43,088 bases of DNA, taken from a virus. Shown piece by piece: positions 1-9,002 of this stretch (position 1 is the first letter of the stretch; the number at the start of each line of letters is the position of its first letter). The stretch covers positions 1 through 43,088 of the IMG/VR virus record IMGVR_UViG_3300012917_000002; one strand, written 5' to 3'. The notes beneath the pieces were generated by a model. The model was not told the DNA's origin. It searched no databases and saw only the letters and a list, made by a program, of their open reading frames with translations. The translations under genes were made by a program, and so were the position numbers.

Positions 1-123
1 ACTAACAAGTATAGTATTTCCTAACAATAAAATAATTTGTAAAATTTATCTTTGTAAGTCACATTTAGAAAGTAAATTTATTCATAATTCAGTATTAATA
101 TATCTCAGAAAAATTGGATTACT
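1..123. repeat. Terminal direct repeat, copy 1 (identical to 42966-43088)
   Basis: Read base by base, 1-123 matches 42966-43088 exactly. The repeat lies inside a coding frame, which favours a circular-assembly overlap over a physical non-coding DTR. Confidence 0.9.
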
Positions 124-134
124 AGGAAATAGTC

Positions 135-2591
135 TTGAACCAATTAGTTGAAAAAGATATAAAAATTCAAATTCGTGGCCATGGTCTTGATACAGCTAAA
201 GTAATGCTTATAGCTGATGGTGGAACATCTCATGATCTTTCCGCTGGTTATGCTATTACTGGAGATGCTGAGCATAAACTACGAGGCTTTGCAAAAGATA
301 ACAATCTTTATATTGATGAATTTTGGCGTACTTGTCTTATTAAGGATAAGATAAATAACACCTCCGGAGCTAAAGCCATAAGTGAAAATTTAGCTTTACT
401 TACTGATGAGTATAAAAATATACTTAATGATGAAATAAAAGCCATTAAACCAAATTTACTTGTCCCACTTGGAGAACTATCTTTTAACTTCATAACTACT
501 CTTAAAGGTATACGTAAATATCGTGGGTCAATCTTACCATCCCGCGCCGACCTTGGAGAAGCTAATGGACCGCTTCGTGTTATCCCAATTCTTGGGCCAA
601 ATCCATATCTCTATGAAGATGTAAAAATGGAATTTATAACCCGCCTTGATTTTTCCAAAATAGCTAAAAATTATCATGAAGTTGGTCCAATTAAAGAAAT
701 AGGTAATTGTTGGGTCGCGCGGTCCGCGGAGAATGTACGAAAATTTTTTTCCCGTCATTACAGCAAAGCTGAGTTTGTAGTCTTTGACATAGAAACATTT
801 GTAGATATTCCTACTTGTATCTCTTTCTGTTTTGATGGTGAAGAATCAATGTGTGTACCTTTAATAGATACGGAGATTCCTATCGACGATCGTGCACTTA
901 TGATGTATGAAGTAGCAAAGCTTTTAGCCTCTCCAATACCAAAAATAAACCAAAATATAAAATTTGATTGGAAGAAACTTGAGAAAGTAGGATTTTATGT
1001 CAATAATATCTGTGGTGATACTATGTTGGCTGCTGGCTGTTTATATTCTGAGTTCCCTAAAAATCTCGGGTTTCTCACAAGTATCTACACAGAAATGCCT
1101 TACCACAAAGATGAAGGTAAAGACTTTAATCCTACTAATAATAAGCGGGACAGCCTTTATCTTTATTGTTGTAAGGATTCTCTATCTACTAATCGAATCT
1201 ATAAGGCACAGATAGAAGAACTAAAAGAGACAGGCACTGAAGAAGTCTATAATAAACTTATAGAAATCATGCCAATATATAAAGGTATGGAGCAAACAGG
1301 TATATTAATAGATAATGCTGTGCGATGTGCTTTGCGTGCTAAATATGAAAATATCTATGATATACAGCTTTATAAACTTAAAAAACTATGTGGCGAAGCC
1401 ATAAATCCACTAAGTCCTAAACAATGTGATCGTATTGTATTTGATGAGCTTAAATTTAAGAAACTACGTGGCGTTACAGGAACAGACGAAGAATCGTTAG
1501 AATTACTTGCATGGATGGGGCGTAGTGAATCAATAACACATGGAGATTATGCAAATGAAATTCTTCACACGATTGTGGCATGTCGTAAAATACACAAAAC
1601 ACTTGAATATTTAGAGACTCCAACTCACCCTGATGGACGTTTACGGTGTGAATATAATTTATCAGGTACCGAGACAGGCCGAACGACTGCTGGAAAAACT
1701 ACTGATTATCTATTGGTATATGACGGAAAAAAAATTAAGACAGTTAATATTGGACGATCATTTCAAACCATCTCAAAACATGGCTTCACAGTAGAAGGAC
1801 TAATCTATGGAAAAGATTTACGTAGTATGTTTGTCCCTACTCCTGGCTATAGTTTTGTTGAGTGTGATTTATCTGGAGCAGAAGCCAGAGTGGATGCAAT
1901 CTTGGCAATGGATTTTGATATACTTCCTATTTTCGATAGTGTGGTCGGTATTCATAGGGTTACTGGTTCTTGGGTTTTTAATTGTGATCCAACCGATATA
2001 AAGAAAGGTCTAGTTTTTAATAGTGCAGGTATTGGAGAAGATAGATATTATATCTCAAAGAGGGTCCGTCACGCTGGTGAGCGTAATATGCGAGAAGATC
2101 GTCTAATGCTGATGATACATAAACCACAAAAAGAATGTGCAGAAATTCTAAAGGTATTTCATGAAAAACAACCAAAAATCCGAGAAATCTTCCATTACGA
2201 CATCACCAAAGCTGTCAGAGAAAAGAGGCAACTTATATGCCCTAACGGTAGGCGGAGAGATTTTTATGGTAGAATAGATAAGCATACCATTAATGAAGCC
2301 ATTTCTGTTTTACCACAAGCTATTGTTGGAGATCAACTTAAATTCTCATTCCCAGAAACTTTTAGAGAAACTAAAGAATATGCAAGACTTCTTGTAGAAG
2401 CCCATGATGGTTGTCTTAATGAAGTTAAAATTGGCCGTGAAGTGAAGTTTGCTAAAATCTTTAAAAAAAATGTAGAGATACCAATAGATTTTAGAAAATG
2501 CTCACTTCCACGAGAATATGATCTTATAATTCCATGTGAAACACAATGGTCAAAAGAAAATTGGCAGAATTTGGAGGATTTACATTTATGA
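135..2591 (+). CDS. Family A DNA polymerase with 3'-5' exonuclease domain and an N-terminal UDG-like extension
   Basis: 818-aa ORF. Exo motifs: VFDIETF, NIKFDWKKL, YCCKDS. Pol A motif A is DLSGAEARV and motif C is EAHDG. The N-terminal ~170 aa (VMLIADGG...LLVPLGE...ILGPNP) resembles a family-4 UDG fold with non-canonical motifs. Start is TTG 135 or in-frame ATG 204. Confidence 0.9.
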   Translation: MNQLVEKDIKIQIRGHGLDTAKVMLIADGGTSHDLSAGYAITGDAEHKLRGFAKDNNLYIDEFWRTCLIKDKINNTSGAKAISENLALLTDEYKNILNDEIKAIKPNLLVPLGELSFNFITTLKGIRKYRGSILPSRADLGEANGPLRVIPILGPNPYLYEDVKMEFITRLDFSKIAKNYHEVGPIKEIGNCWVARSAENVRKFFSRHYSKAEFVVFDIETFVDIPTCISFCFDGEESMCVPLIDTEIPIDDRALMMYEVAKLLASPIPKINQNIKFDWKKLEKVGFYVNNICGDTMLAAGCLYSEFPKNLGFLTSIYTEMPYHKDEGKDFNPTNNKRDSLYLYCCKDSLSTNRIYKAQIEELKETGTEEVYNKLIEIMPIYKGMEQTGILIDNAVRCALRAKYENIYDIQLYKLKKLCGEAINPLSPKQCDRIVFDELKFKKLRGVTGTDEESLELLAWMGRSESITHGDYANEILHTIVACRKIHKTLEYLETPTHPDGRLRCEYNLSGTETGRTTAGKTTDYLLVYDGKKIKTVNIGRSFQTISKHGFTVEGLIYGKDLRSMFVPTPGYSFVECDLSGAEARVDAILAMDFDILPIFDSVVGIHRVTGSWVFNCDPTDIKKGLVFNSAGIGEDRYYISKRVRHAGERNMREDRLMLMIHKPQKECAEILKVFHEKQPKIREIFHYDITKAVREKRQLICPNGRRRDFYGRIDKHTINEAISVLPQAIVGDQLKFSFPETFRETKEYARLLVEAHDGCLNEVKIGREVKFAKIFKKNVEIPIDFRKCSLPREYDLIIPCETQWSKENWQNLEDLHL

Positions 2592-3010
2592 ATTATTGTA
2601 CAAAAGATGAGCATATATTTGATAATCAAGCTACTTGCTTATGTGGTATGTTACCAAATATTACTAGAGAATCCGCAAAAAGAGATCCTATAAAAGTTCG
2701 ATATGATATATTATTTCCACCATTTTTAGATGCATTAGCAAAGATAGCCCATTTTGGTGCAGAAAAATATGGTGATTTTAATTGGACTAAATCTCGTCTT
2801 AGAGGTGAAAAATCTCCAATTAATCATATTTATAAACATTTAAGTTCATATATTTGTGATGAACATTACGATCACTTAGAACTAGGGACAGAGCGAAAGT
2901 GGCATCTAGCTTCAATAGCTTTTAATGCAATGATGGAATTTTATTATGAAACAGAAGCACAACTACCCTCAATTCAGGAAAAAAGCACCACCAGTAAAAT
3001 TAAAATGTGA
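2588..3010 (+). CDS. dATP/dGTP diphosphohydrolase N-terminal-domain-like protein
   Basis: RYDILFPPFLDALAKIAHFGAEKYGDFNWTK...INHIYKHL matches my memory of the phage dATP/dGTP pyrophosphohydrolase family pattern. I prefer ATG 2588, which overlaps the polymerase stop as ATGA. The ORF track starts at 2546. Confidence 0.6.
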   Translation: MNYCTKDEHIFDNQATCLCGMLPNITRESAKRDPIKVRYDILFPPFLDALAKIAHFGAEKYGDFNWTKSRLRGEKSPINHIYKHLSSYICDEHYDHLELGTERKWHLASIAFNAMMEFYYETEAQLPSIQEKSTTSKIKM

Positions 3011-3107
3011 ATGTAATAATTTCTCTGGTTCTTATGATTCCCGAAATCGCTCATGTAAAACATGTTATATACGACAATACATGAGAAATAGAAGAGCTGG
3101 TTATTAA
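2946..3107 (+). CDS. Small basic CxC...CxxC Zn-ribbon-like protein (53 aa), overlapping the 3' end of the previous gene
   Basis: Hand translation: MKQKHNYPQFRKKAPPVKLKCECNNFSGSYDSRNRSCKTCYIRQYMRNRRAGY. It fills an otherwise empty gap at 3011-3134. It is below the 60-aa cut-off of the ORF track. Confidence 0.35.
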   Translation: MKQKHNYPQFRKKAPPVKLKCECNNFSGSYDSRNRSCKTCYIRQYMRNRRAGY

Positions 3108-3134
3108 CTTTATGTCTTATAGAAAGCTATCAGT

Positions 3135-4340
3135 GTGCCGACAGACTTTATTTCTTGTTTTATGGAACATACAAAAAGTTACGAATCTCCAAAGTCTTTT
3201 TGGAAATGGTCCGCCTATGTCACTATCGCTTCTATATTACGAGACAATTGCTATAAAAAACAAGGAGATGTATTTACCTATCCAAATATATATGTACTAC
3301 TTATCGCAGATTCTGCTGTACATCGTAAAGGTAATCCAGTTAAACTTTGTGAAAAACTGGTTACAGCCATACATAATACTAAAATTATTTCAGGACGCGC
3401 CTCAATACAGGCAATTCTTGATGAATTATCTCATGGAGAAACTGACAAAAAGACAGGAAAAACAATTACTGGTGGTTCAGCGCTATTCAGTGCCAGTGAA
3501 TTAAGTGCAGGTATTGTAGGTGATCCAGCAGCTATTCAAATTTTAACGGATATTTATGATTATAAAGATGAATACGTATCTCGACTTAGAGGAACTGGAA
3601 CTTTTAGAATTAAGAATATATGCTTTTCAATGCTCGCAGCATCCAATGAAGACTTGCTTGTAGATATCTATGATACGAAAGCAATCTTCGGCGGTTTACT
3701 TGGACGTACATTCCTTATAAAACCCAACGAGTTTCGAGCTGGAAATAGTTTATTTAATTTCCCAGACACCACAGAATCCCTTGCAAACCTTATAACAATG
3801 TTGCGAAGCATAGAAGCTCTAAAGGGAGAATTCGTATTTACTACGGCCGCCCAGACAGAATATGAATCTTGGTATTTACCATTTCGTGAATCATATAGAA
3901 TTAAAAGTGATAAATCAGGTGTGGCGGGCCGTATTCATATAGGTGTACTTAAAATAGCAATGCTTTTAGCAGTAAATTATCAAAATACACTTATTATAGA
4001 TAAGGAACATATAGAGGAGGCAATACTGGAATGTTTGGGACTTATCCCAAATTACAGTTCATTTATTATGTCATCAGGAAGATCACCAGATTCAGCTTGT
4101 GGGTCCATTATCATTAATCATATCTACGAAAATGAACAACATCGCGCCGCGCGGAAAGAAATTCTTTTTAAACATTTAAATGCATTCACAATTGAGCAAT
4201 TTGACCAAGTTATAGATAAACTAATACAAGCAGGAATGATTAAAGAGGATATGATTGGTGAAGGAATTGCATATAGCCTTACTAAGAAATGTTTGGATAC
4301 ATTATTCAGTCAAGAGAAAGGATCTAAGGCTAATGGATAA
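3135..4340 (+). CDS. DUF3987-like protein (degenerate P-loop, replication-associated)
   Basis: 401-aa ORF. The N-terminal pattern (SPKSFWKWSAYVTIASIL...NIYVLLIADSAVHRKG...ASIQAILDEL...FSASE) resembles DUF3987 proteins found with phage primase/helicases. The Walker A motif is not canonical. Start is GTG 3135 or ATG 3162. Confidence 0.5.
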   Translation: MPTDFISCFMEHTKSYESPKSFWKWSAYVTIASILRDNCYKKQGDVFTYPNIYVLLIADSAVHRKGNPVKLCEKLVTAIHNTKIISGRASIQAILDELSHGETDKKTGKTITGGSALFSASELSAGIVGDPAAIQILTDIYDYKDEYVSRLRGTGTFRIKNICFSMLAASNEDLLVDIYDTKAIFGGLLGRTFLIKPNEFRAGNSLFNFPDTTESLANLITMLRSIEALKGEFVFTTAAQTEYESWYLPFRESYRIKSDKSGVAGRIHIGVLKIAMLLAVNYQNTLIIDKEHIEEAILECLGLIPNYSSFIMSSGRSPDSACGSIIINHIYENEQHRAARKEILFKHLNAFTIEQFDQVIDKLIQAGMIKEDMIGEGIAYSLTKKCLDTLFSQEKGSKANG

Positions 4341-4542
4341 AGAACATCTAGACCAAATCCGTAGTAATCCAAATATTATAAGTTATCGTTGGGTAAAGGA
4401 AATAGTATTTGAACTTTGTACTGAAATAGAACTTTTACAATCTAATTTAGTTAATTGCCAAAGAGATTTGGCTGAAGGGAATAGACAGGGATTATTAATG
4501 TTAGAAGAAATACGTATATTAAATCAATTAATACCAAAATGA
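4333..4542 (+). CDS. Hypothetical protein (69 aa)
   Basis: ATG 4333 overlaps the stop of the upstream gene. It is the same frame as track ORF 4255-4542. It is in the operon orientation. Confidence 0.5.
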   Translation: MDKEHLDQIRSNPNIISYRWVKEIVFELCTEIELLQSNLVNCQRDLAEGNRQGLLMLEEIRILNQLIPK

Positions 4543-4886
4543 CTTTACGAATCACCTTTGAAGATGGTACAATTCGACATGTAAGATTACCAGACGATCA
4601 CGGTAAGGTTGAATTAGTAACTATTAAACCATCCAAGCCACAAACACATTTTCATTCGGATGATTATACATACAAGGGCTTATGGATTACTGATACAAAT
4701 ATCTTTGTAGAAGTTATTTCCGCGCGAGAGGCTTATGTACTTAACACACAAGGTAATAGAGGTATAAATATAATGATAAACAAAGATGGAGTACTTTTTA
4801 TTGATAGAATAAAATCTTGTAAACTTATGCAGAAAAAAATTGGGGCTGAGACTTTTGTTAAAGGAACTTTAATCGAATGGCCATAA
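4539..4886 (+). CDS. Hypothetical protein
   Basis: 115-aa ORF with an ATGA start/stop overlap with the upstream gene. Confidence 0.55.
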   Translation: MTLRITFEDGTIRHVRLPDDHGKVELVTIKPSKPQTHFHSDDYTYKGLWITDTNIFVEVISAREAYVLNTQGNRGINIMINKDGVLFIDRIKSCKLMQKKIGAETFVKGTLIEWP

Positions 4887-5293
4887 ATATAAAACTAACT
4901 GATCGAGAACAAATCGACTGGCTAGCTACTCATGTTATGGATTGGCACTGGGGAGGGCCGGTAACTAATTGCTGGCTTGATTCTCAAGATAATTTCCAGC
5001 CTAAGGATTGGAGCCCACTTACCAACCACAATCACGTAGCACAAGTACTGAAGCGGATTGGGGAATTAAAGCTCCAGCAGCGATTTGCACAGGAATTACT
5101 TGAGATATTTAACTACACAAAAGAAGTTGTTAGTATTTCTTACAGTTATGGGTCGGCTGAAAGTATTAGAGAGATAATCTGGGCTATCGCTAACGCTACA
5201 CCGTACGAGCTAATGGCAGCAGTACGAAAAATATATAAATCTAATGAGGAGTCTGTAATTGTCCATCCTGAGAAACCTGAATCTTTTCTTTAG
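4877..5293 (+). CDS. Phage ABA-sandwich-domain-like protein
   Basis: DWLATHVMDWHWGG...WSPLTNHNHVAQVLKRI resembles the phage ABA sandwich domain pattern. It is the last gene of the rightward arm. Confidence 0.45.
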   Translation: MAINIKLTDREQIDWLATHVMDWHWGGPVTNCWLDSQDNFQPKDWSPLTNHNHVAQVLKRIGELKLQQRFAQELLEIFNYTKEVVSISYSYGSAESIREIIWAIANATPYELMAAVRKIYKSNEESVIVHPEKPESFL

Positions 5294-6698
5294 ATCCATC
5301 TTCCTTCTTAAGATAGAGACTTGCTCCACGAAGACTATGTACAATTGCTTGAGAAAGTAAAGATGCTTCTGGTGCAGATGCATTAGTTTTAGTAGCCTGA
5401 AGTATCATTTGACCTAGCTGAGGATTACTTATTACTTTCTTAATAGCGTCTGATCCAAATATAATTCCTTCGGCCGCGCCAAATGGTACCCCCAATGCAC
5501 GAAATGGTAAGCTAAGAAGCAATACTTTCCGGCCTTCTCTCCAACTCATTAGATCAGTAGCTTTACCAACACCCTTATCTTGTGCTGTCTTCATTAATGC
5601 AGTAAATGTATCTAATGCTGGCTTTCCAAATGCTTCTTCATATATATCTGGTTTATTTCCTAATTCATTTAAAATAGCTGTAGGATTAATTGTATCAGCT
5701 GCTTTATAATAATTGCGTGTAACAAGATCATTGGCAGCCATCTGGCGTATAAGTGTAGGATTACCTGTAGCTAATTTCATATTGCGGACCGTGGTTACAT
5801 CTGATAACATGTCCTTTACAATTGGTGCTATCTTAGTAGTAGAAATTCCAGTTTGATTATATGGAACATTAAATAATTCATTAAGACTAGTTTCTGGTAT
5901 ATTTTGTTTTCCAGGTATGTTAGGTAGATTTTGCCGCATATTTTCAGCAGCAGTCTCCACAAGACTAGATTCTGGCATCATATATCCTTTGGCTTGATTT
6001 ACAAGTTGAGCTATCTTAACTGCTGGAGCTGCCAAAGTTTTTGTACCAGGCATAGCTAACATTGCGCCACGAAGTCCACGACTAGCTATACTACCTAAAA
6101 TAGATGGTAAAACTCCTTGAGATAAAATATCTCCACCATAATCAACAACCCGCTCTCCAGTTGTAACTCCAGGTGCACCAAATATAGATGGTGCTATGTT
6201 TTTAAGTGCTTGTCCTGTCGATGCTCCTACAGCTGCACCACCAATTGGTGCACCAATAACACTTCCTAAAATACTTCCTATCATTGCTAAACCTTGTGGT
6301 GTTTGTCTTGCAAATGCTCTAGCTGTACCTCCAAGTGAAGCTGGTTGAGAACCTTCATCATAAGATTCTCCAGGTTTAACATATACATCACGATTAGGAC
6401 CTGCCCAACTTCCAGCTTTTTCTGGTGCAAATTTGGCATACTGTGATTCATTAGAAAAAGTAGGATGGTTTGGTTTCTTAAAAGTATCTGGCCAATGTCC
6501 TGTTTGTGGATCTGGTGTTAAGCCAGCTTTAAAAGCGCCACGTAAATCATAATCAGCTCCTGAATCTTTAGGGGCATATTTTTGTTTCCATGCTTGAAAT
6601 TTGGTTTCATCTTGAGAAGATAATGGTGTATCAAAAGATTCTGGTATGTAACCATGTGGCGCGGCTGATTCTAATGTATATCCAGTAGGAGGAGGCAT
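5241..6698 (-). CDS. Putative internal virion/ejection protein with Gly-rich hydrophobic segments
   Basis: 485-aa ORF at the distal end of the late operon. GLAMIGSILGSVIGAPIGGAAVGAS looks like a membrane segment. Confidence 0.45.
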   Translation of the reverse strand: MPPPTGYTLESAAPHGYIPESFDTPLSSQDETKFQAWKQKYAPKDSGADYDLRGAFKAGLTPDPQTGHWPDTFKKPNHPTFSNESQYAKFAPEKAGSWAGPNRDVYVKPGESYDEGSQPASLGGTARAFARQTPQGLAMIGSILGSVIGAPIGGAAVGASTGQALKNIAPSIFGAPGVTTGERVVDYGGDILSQGVLPSILGSIASRGLRGAMLAMPGTKTLAAPAVKIAQLVNQAKGYMMPESSLVETAAENMRQNLPNIPGKQNIPETSLNELFNVPYNQTGISTTKIAPIVKDMLSDVTTVRNMKLATGNPTLIRQMAANDLVTRNYYKAADTINPTAILNELGNKPDIYEEAFGKPALDTFTALMKTAQDKGVGKATDLMSWREGRKVLLLSLPFRALGVPFGAAEGIIFGSDAIKKVISNPQLGQMILQATKTNASAPEASLLSQAIVHSLRGASLYLKKEDGSKEKIQVSQDGQLQTPH

Positions 6699-8089
6699 TA
6701 TTGATTCACTGGTTGATTTGTAGTTGCATCTTTAAAAGTCTTACCATTATCTTCAGTATATACACGATGCCCTATTGAATTACGATAATATTGTCTTCCA
6801 CTTTGCGGACTGTTTGGCGCTTCACTAGAAGATTCTTCAGGAAGTATATCTTTAATACCTCGATCCTGCAAAATAACTTTTACATCTTCTGGATTTATTC
6901 CAGAAAAAATGCCTTTAAGATTTTGATTAATAATCTTTATATGTTGATTTATCTTATCAAGGTTATCTTTAGTTGAAGATCGAGGATCAAATAAACCTGT
7001 TACTTGTCGTTTAATTTCTTGGTCACTTTTCCTATTCTGTTTATCAAAGAAAGAAGCAAGACTACCACCTAATGTTTCAGCAGCATTTATCTTAGACTTA
7101 AGTTCAGTGAATGGAACATGGCTTCCTCCAACTGTGTAAACTATACTAGAATCCTTAGCATCTCTACTAAAATTAAGTGCTAAATCTTTATACATCCCCA
7201 TCATTTCTTCCATACGCCCAATATTATCTAAATAATCATTCTGTTGTTTTTGGTTAGTTGGAAGATTTGTTCCACGCTGACCTGCTAAATTAAGTACGCC
7301 AGCTTTAACTTCTTTAGGTAGAGCACTAAAACTAGTTTGCCCACCTAATACACCTTTATAAGCTTGAGCTACAGCGTCAGGATCAGTTTGTGTCATTAAA
7401 GCTGAACGAGCCGCGGCCGCATGTATTTTTGCAACTTCTATATCAAAGGCTCCTTTGAGCCTAGTATCTTTCTCACGAGTATCATTATCGTACTTATGTA
7501 TAAACATAGCACGTTCAAATTCAGCAGTATCATGTCTCTCTTTTTCTGGTCCAGTAACAGATCCAACCCCGGCTGCTTGAGCCCTTGATTGATCGTAGAT
7601 AATCTGATTCTGCTGAGATGGTGACCCGAAAACATTTGGATTTACATTACCTACTCCAGGTATATTTACTTTACCAGAACCAGCATTAGGATTAAGTATA
7701 GTTGGTATATCTATAGGAGATTGATAAGATTTATTGGGTGCTTCTCCTCCAGCAGATTGTCCACCAAACATTCCACCAACATCTCCACCAGTTTGTTGTA
7801 TACCTTGTAATGCTTTAAGTCTTCCAATTTGTTGATCTTCTAATACACTTTGAAGCTGGTCATGATACATTTCAAGATGACGTTTATTAAGTTCATGTTC
7901 TTTCTCAAACTGAGATTCTTGCTGCTGTAGTTGTGATTGTCTAAAACCTTCTTCAGCTTTAGCTTGTCTAGTTTTCTCAGCCAATTCTTTAGCAGATTGC
8001 TGAGTTTGCGATGTATGAATCATCGCTTGAATGATAGGATTTATATATTGGTCTTCGTTAGCCATCTTAATTAGATTTCCTAGCTGCAA
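6698..8089 (-). CDS. Putative internal virion protein (Gln-rich coiled-coil N-terminus)
   Basis: 463-aa ORF that abuts the downstream gene and has a Q/E-rich helical N-terminal third. Confidence 0.45.
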   Translation of the reverse strand: MQLGNLIKMANEDQYINPIIQAMIHTSQTQQSAKELAEKTRQAKAEEGFRQSQLQQQESQFEKEHELNKRHLEMYHDQLQSVLEDQQIGRLKALQGIQQTGGDVGGMFGGQSAGGEAPNKSYQSPIDIPTILNPNAGSGKVNIPGVGNVNPNVFGSPSQQNQIIYDQSRAQAAGVGSVTGPEKERHDTAEFERAMFIHKYDNDTREKDTRLKGAFDIEVAKIHAAAARSALMTQTDPDAVAQAYKGVLGGQTSFSALPKEVKAGVLNLAGQRGTNLPTNQKQQNDYLDNIGRMEEMMGMYKDLALNFSRDAKDSSIVYTVGGSHVPFTELKSKINAAETLGGSLASFFDKQNRKSDQEIKRQVTGLFDPRSSTKDNLDKINQHIKIINQNLKGIFSGINPEDVKVILQDRGIKDILPEESSSEAPNSPQSGRQYYRNSIGHRVYTEDNGKTFKDATTNQPVNQ

Positions 8090-8303
8090 CAGCTAATCCA
8101 ATTTCTATCCCTATAGCTAAACTTCTTGAAAATTCAACAGCATAATCTTTATCTGCTTCAGGTTTTTGCATTAAAGCTATATCAACTAGAAATTGTGCAT
8201 ATTCTTCATCATCTAATCCATTATTTGCAGCAACACAAATTGGATAAAAAGTACTATATTGTCTTAACCAATCCAAAATTTCTTTAGCTAACATTTTATC
8301 CAC
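8067..8303 (-). CDS. Hypothetical protein
   Basis: 78-aa ORF packed into the late operon. Confidence 0.45.
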   Translation of the reverse strand: MDKMLAKEILDWLRQYSTFYPICVAANNGLDDEEYAQFLVDIALMQKPEADKDYAVEFSRSLAIGIEIGLAVAARKSN

Positions 8304-9002
8304 CTAAGGTGCAGCCGGTCCATAACCATAACCAGGCCCAGATCCAGGATTAAATTGTGGCTGCGGTCCACCAAATCCTAATGATCTTAAAATATCTCCT
8401 AGATTATTTCCAGGATTACCTTTAGTTGATGGAGCACCTAATGCAGCACCGACTCCACTAAATAAACCAGCTAATGGATTACCACTTATAGCACCATTAC
8501 CTTGAGTTGTAGCTTGGCTTGTTTGACTTCCTGTAGAAGTCTGACCATAAGGTTGAGTTTGGAAAGCTTGTTCTAATCCCTGTATTCCTTGTTGTTGCAA
8601 TTGACGTTGAAGAAGAGGTATCTGTGATAAAAATTGTGATACCTGTTGAGACCTTGCTTGATCTTCCTGTATAGCTGCCGTAGCATAAGCTGGACTATAA
8701 GCTAATCCGCGGGCTGCAAGTAGATTTCGTGTAGCAGCATGAGATCCAGCATTAGCTTGATTTATATTTTCGATTCCACTTTGTGTAAATCCAGTAAGAT
8801 CAGGAGCTTGGTTAGCAAAATTTATAGCTTTACTAGTAAAAAGTTGTGCAAGCTGTTGTTGAAATGGATTTAAATTAGGTGTGGTCGTTCCACCATAACT
8901 TTGGCTACCAGACGAAGTCTGTGAAGTTGCTTGTCTTTGTTGGGTACCACCACCAAATAACCCCGCTAATCCACTTATAAGTGGTAAAATTGCTGTTGCC
9001 AT
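8304..9002 (-). CDS. Low-complexity Q/G/S-rich virion protein with hydrophobic N-terminus
   Basis: 232-aa ORF contiguous with its neighbours. The N-terminus is MATAILPLISGLAGLFGGG. Confidence 0.45.
   Translation of the reverse strand: MATAILPLISGLAGLFGGGTQQRQATSQTSSGSQSYGGTTTPNLNPFQQQLAQLFTSKAINFANQAPDLTGFTQSGIENINQANAGSHAATRNLLAARGLAYSPAYATAAIQEDQARSQQVSQFLSQIPLLQRQLQQQGIQGLEQAFQTQPYGQTSTGSQTSQATTQGNGAISGNPLAGLFSGVGAALGAPSTKGNPGNNLGDILRSLGFGGPQPQFNPGSGPGYGYGPAAP

Noticed and set aside
1-123. Genuine physical direct terminal repeat of a T7-like genome
   Set aside because: The repeat is short and sits inside a coding frame, and the ORF closes only after circularisation. No RNA polymerase or T7-like gene order is present. 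It cannot be excluded without read-terminus data.
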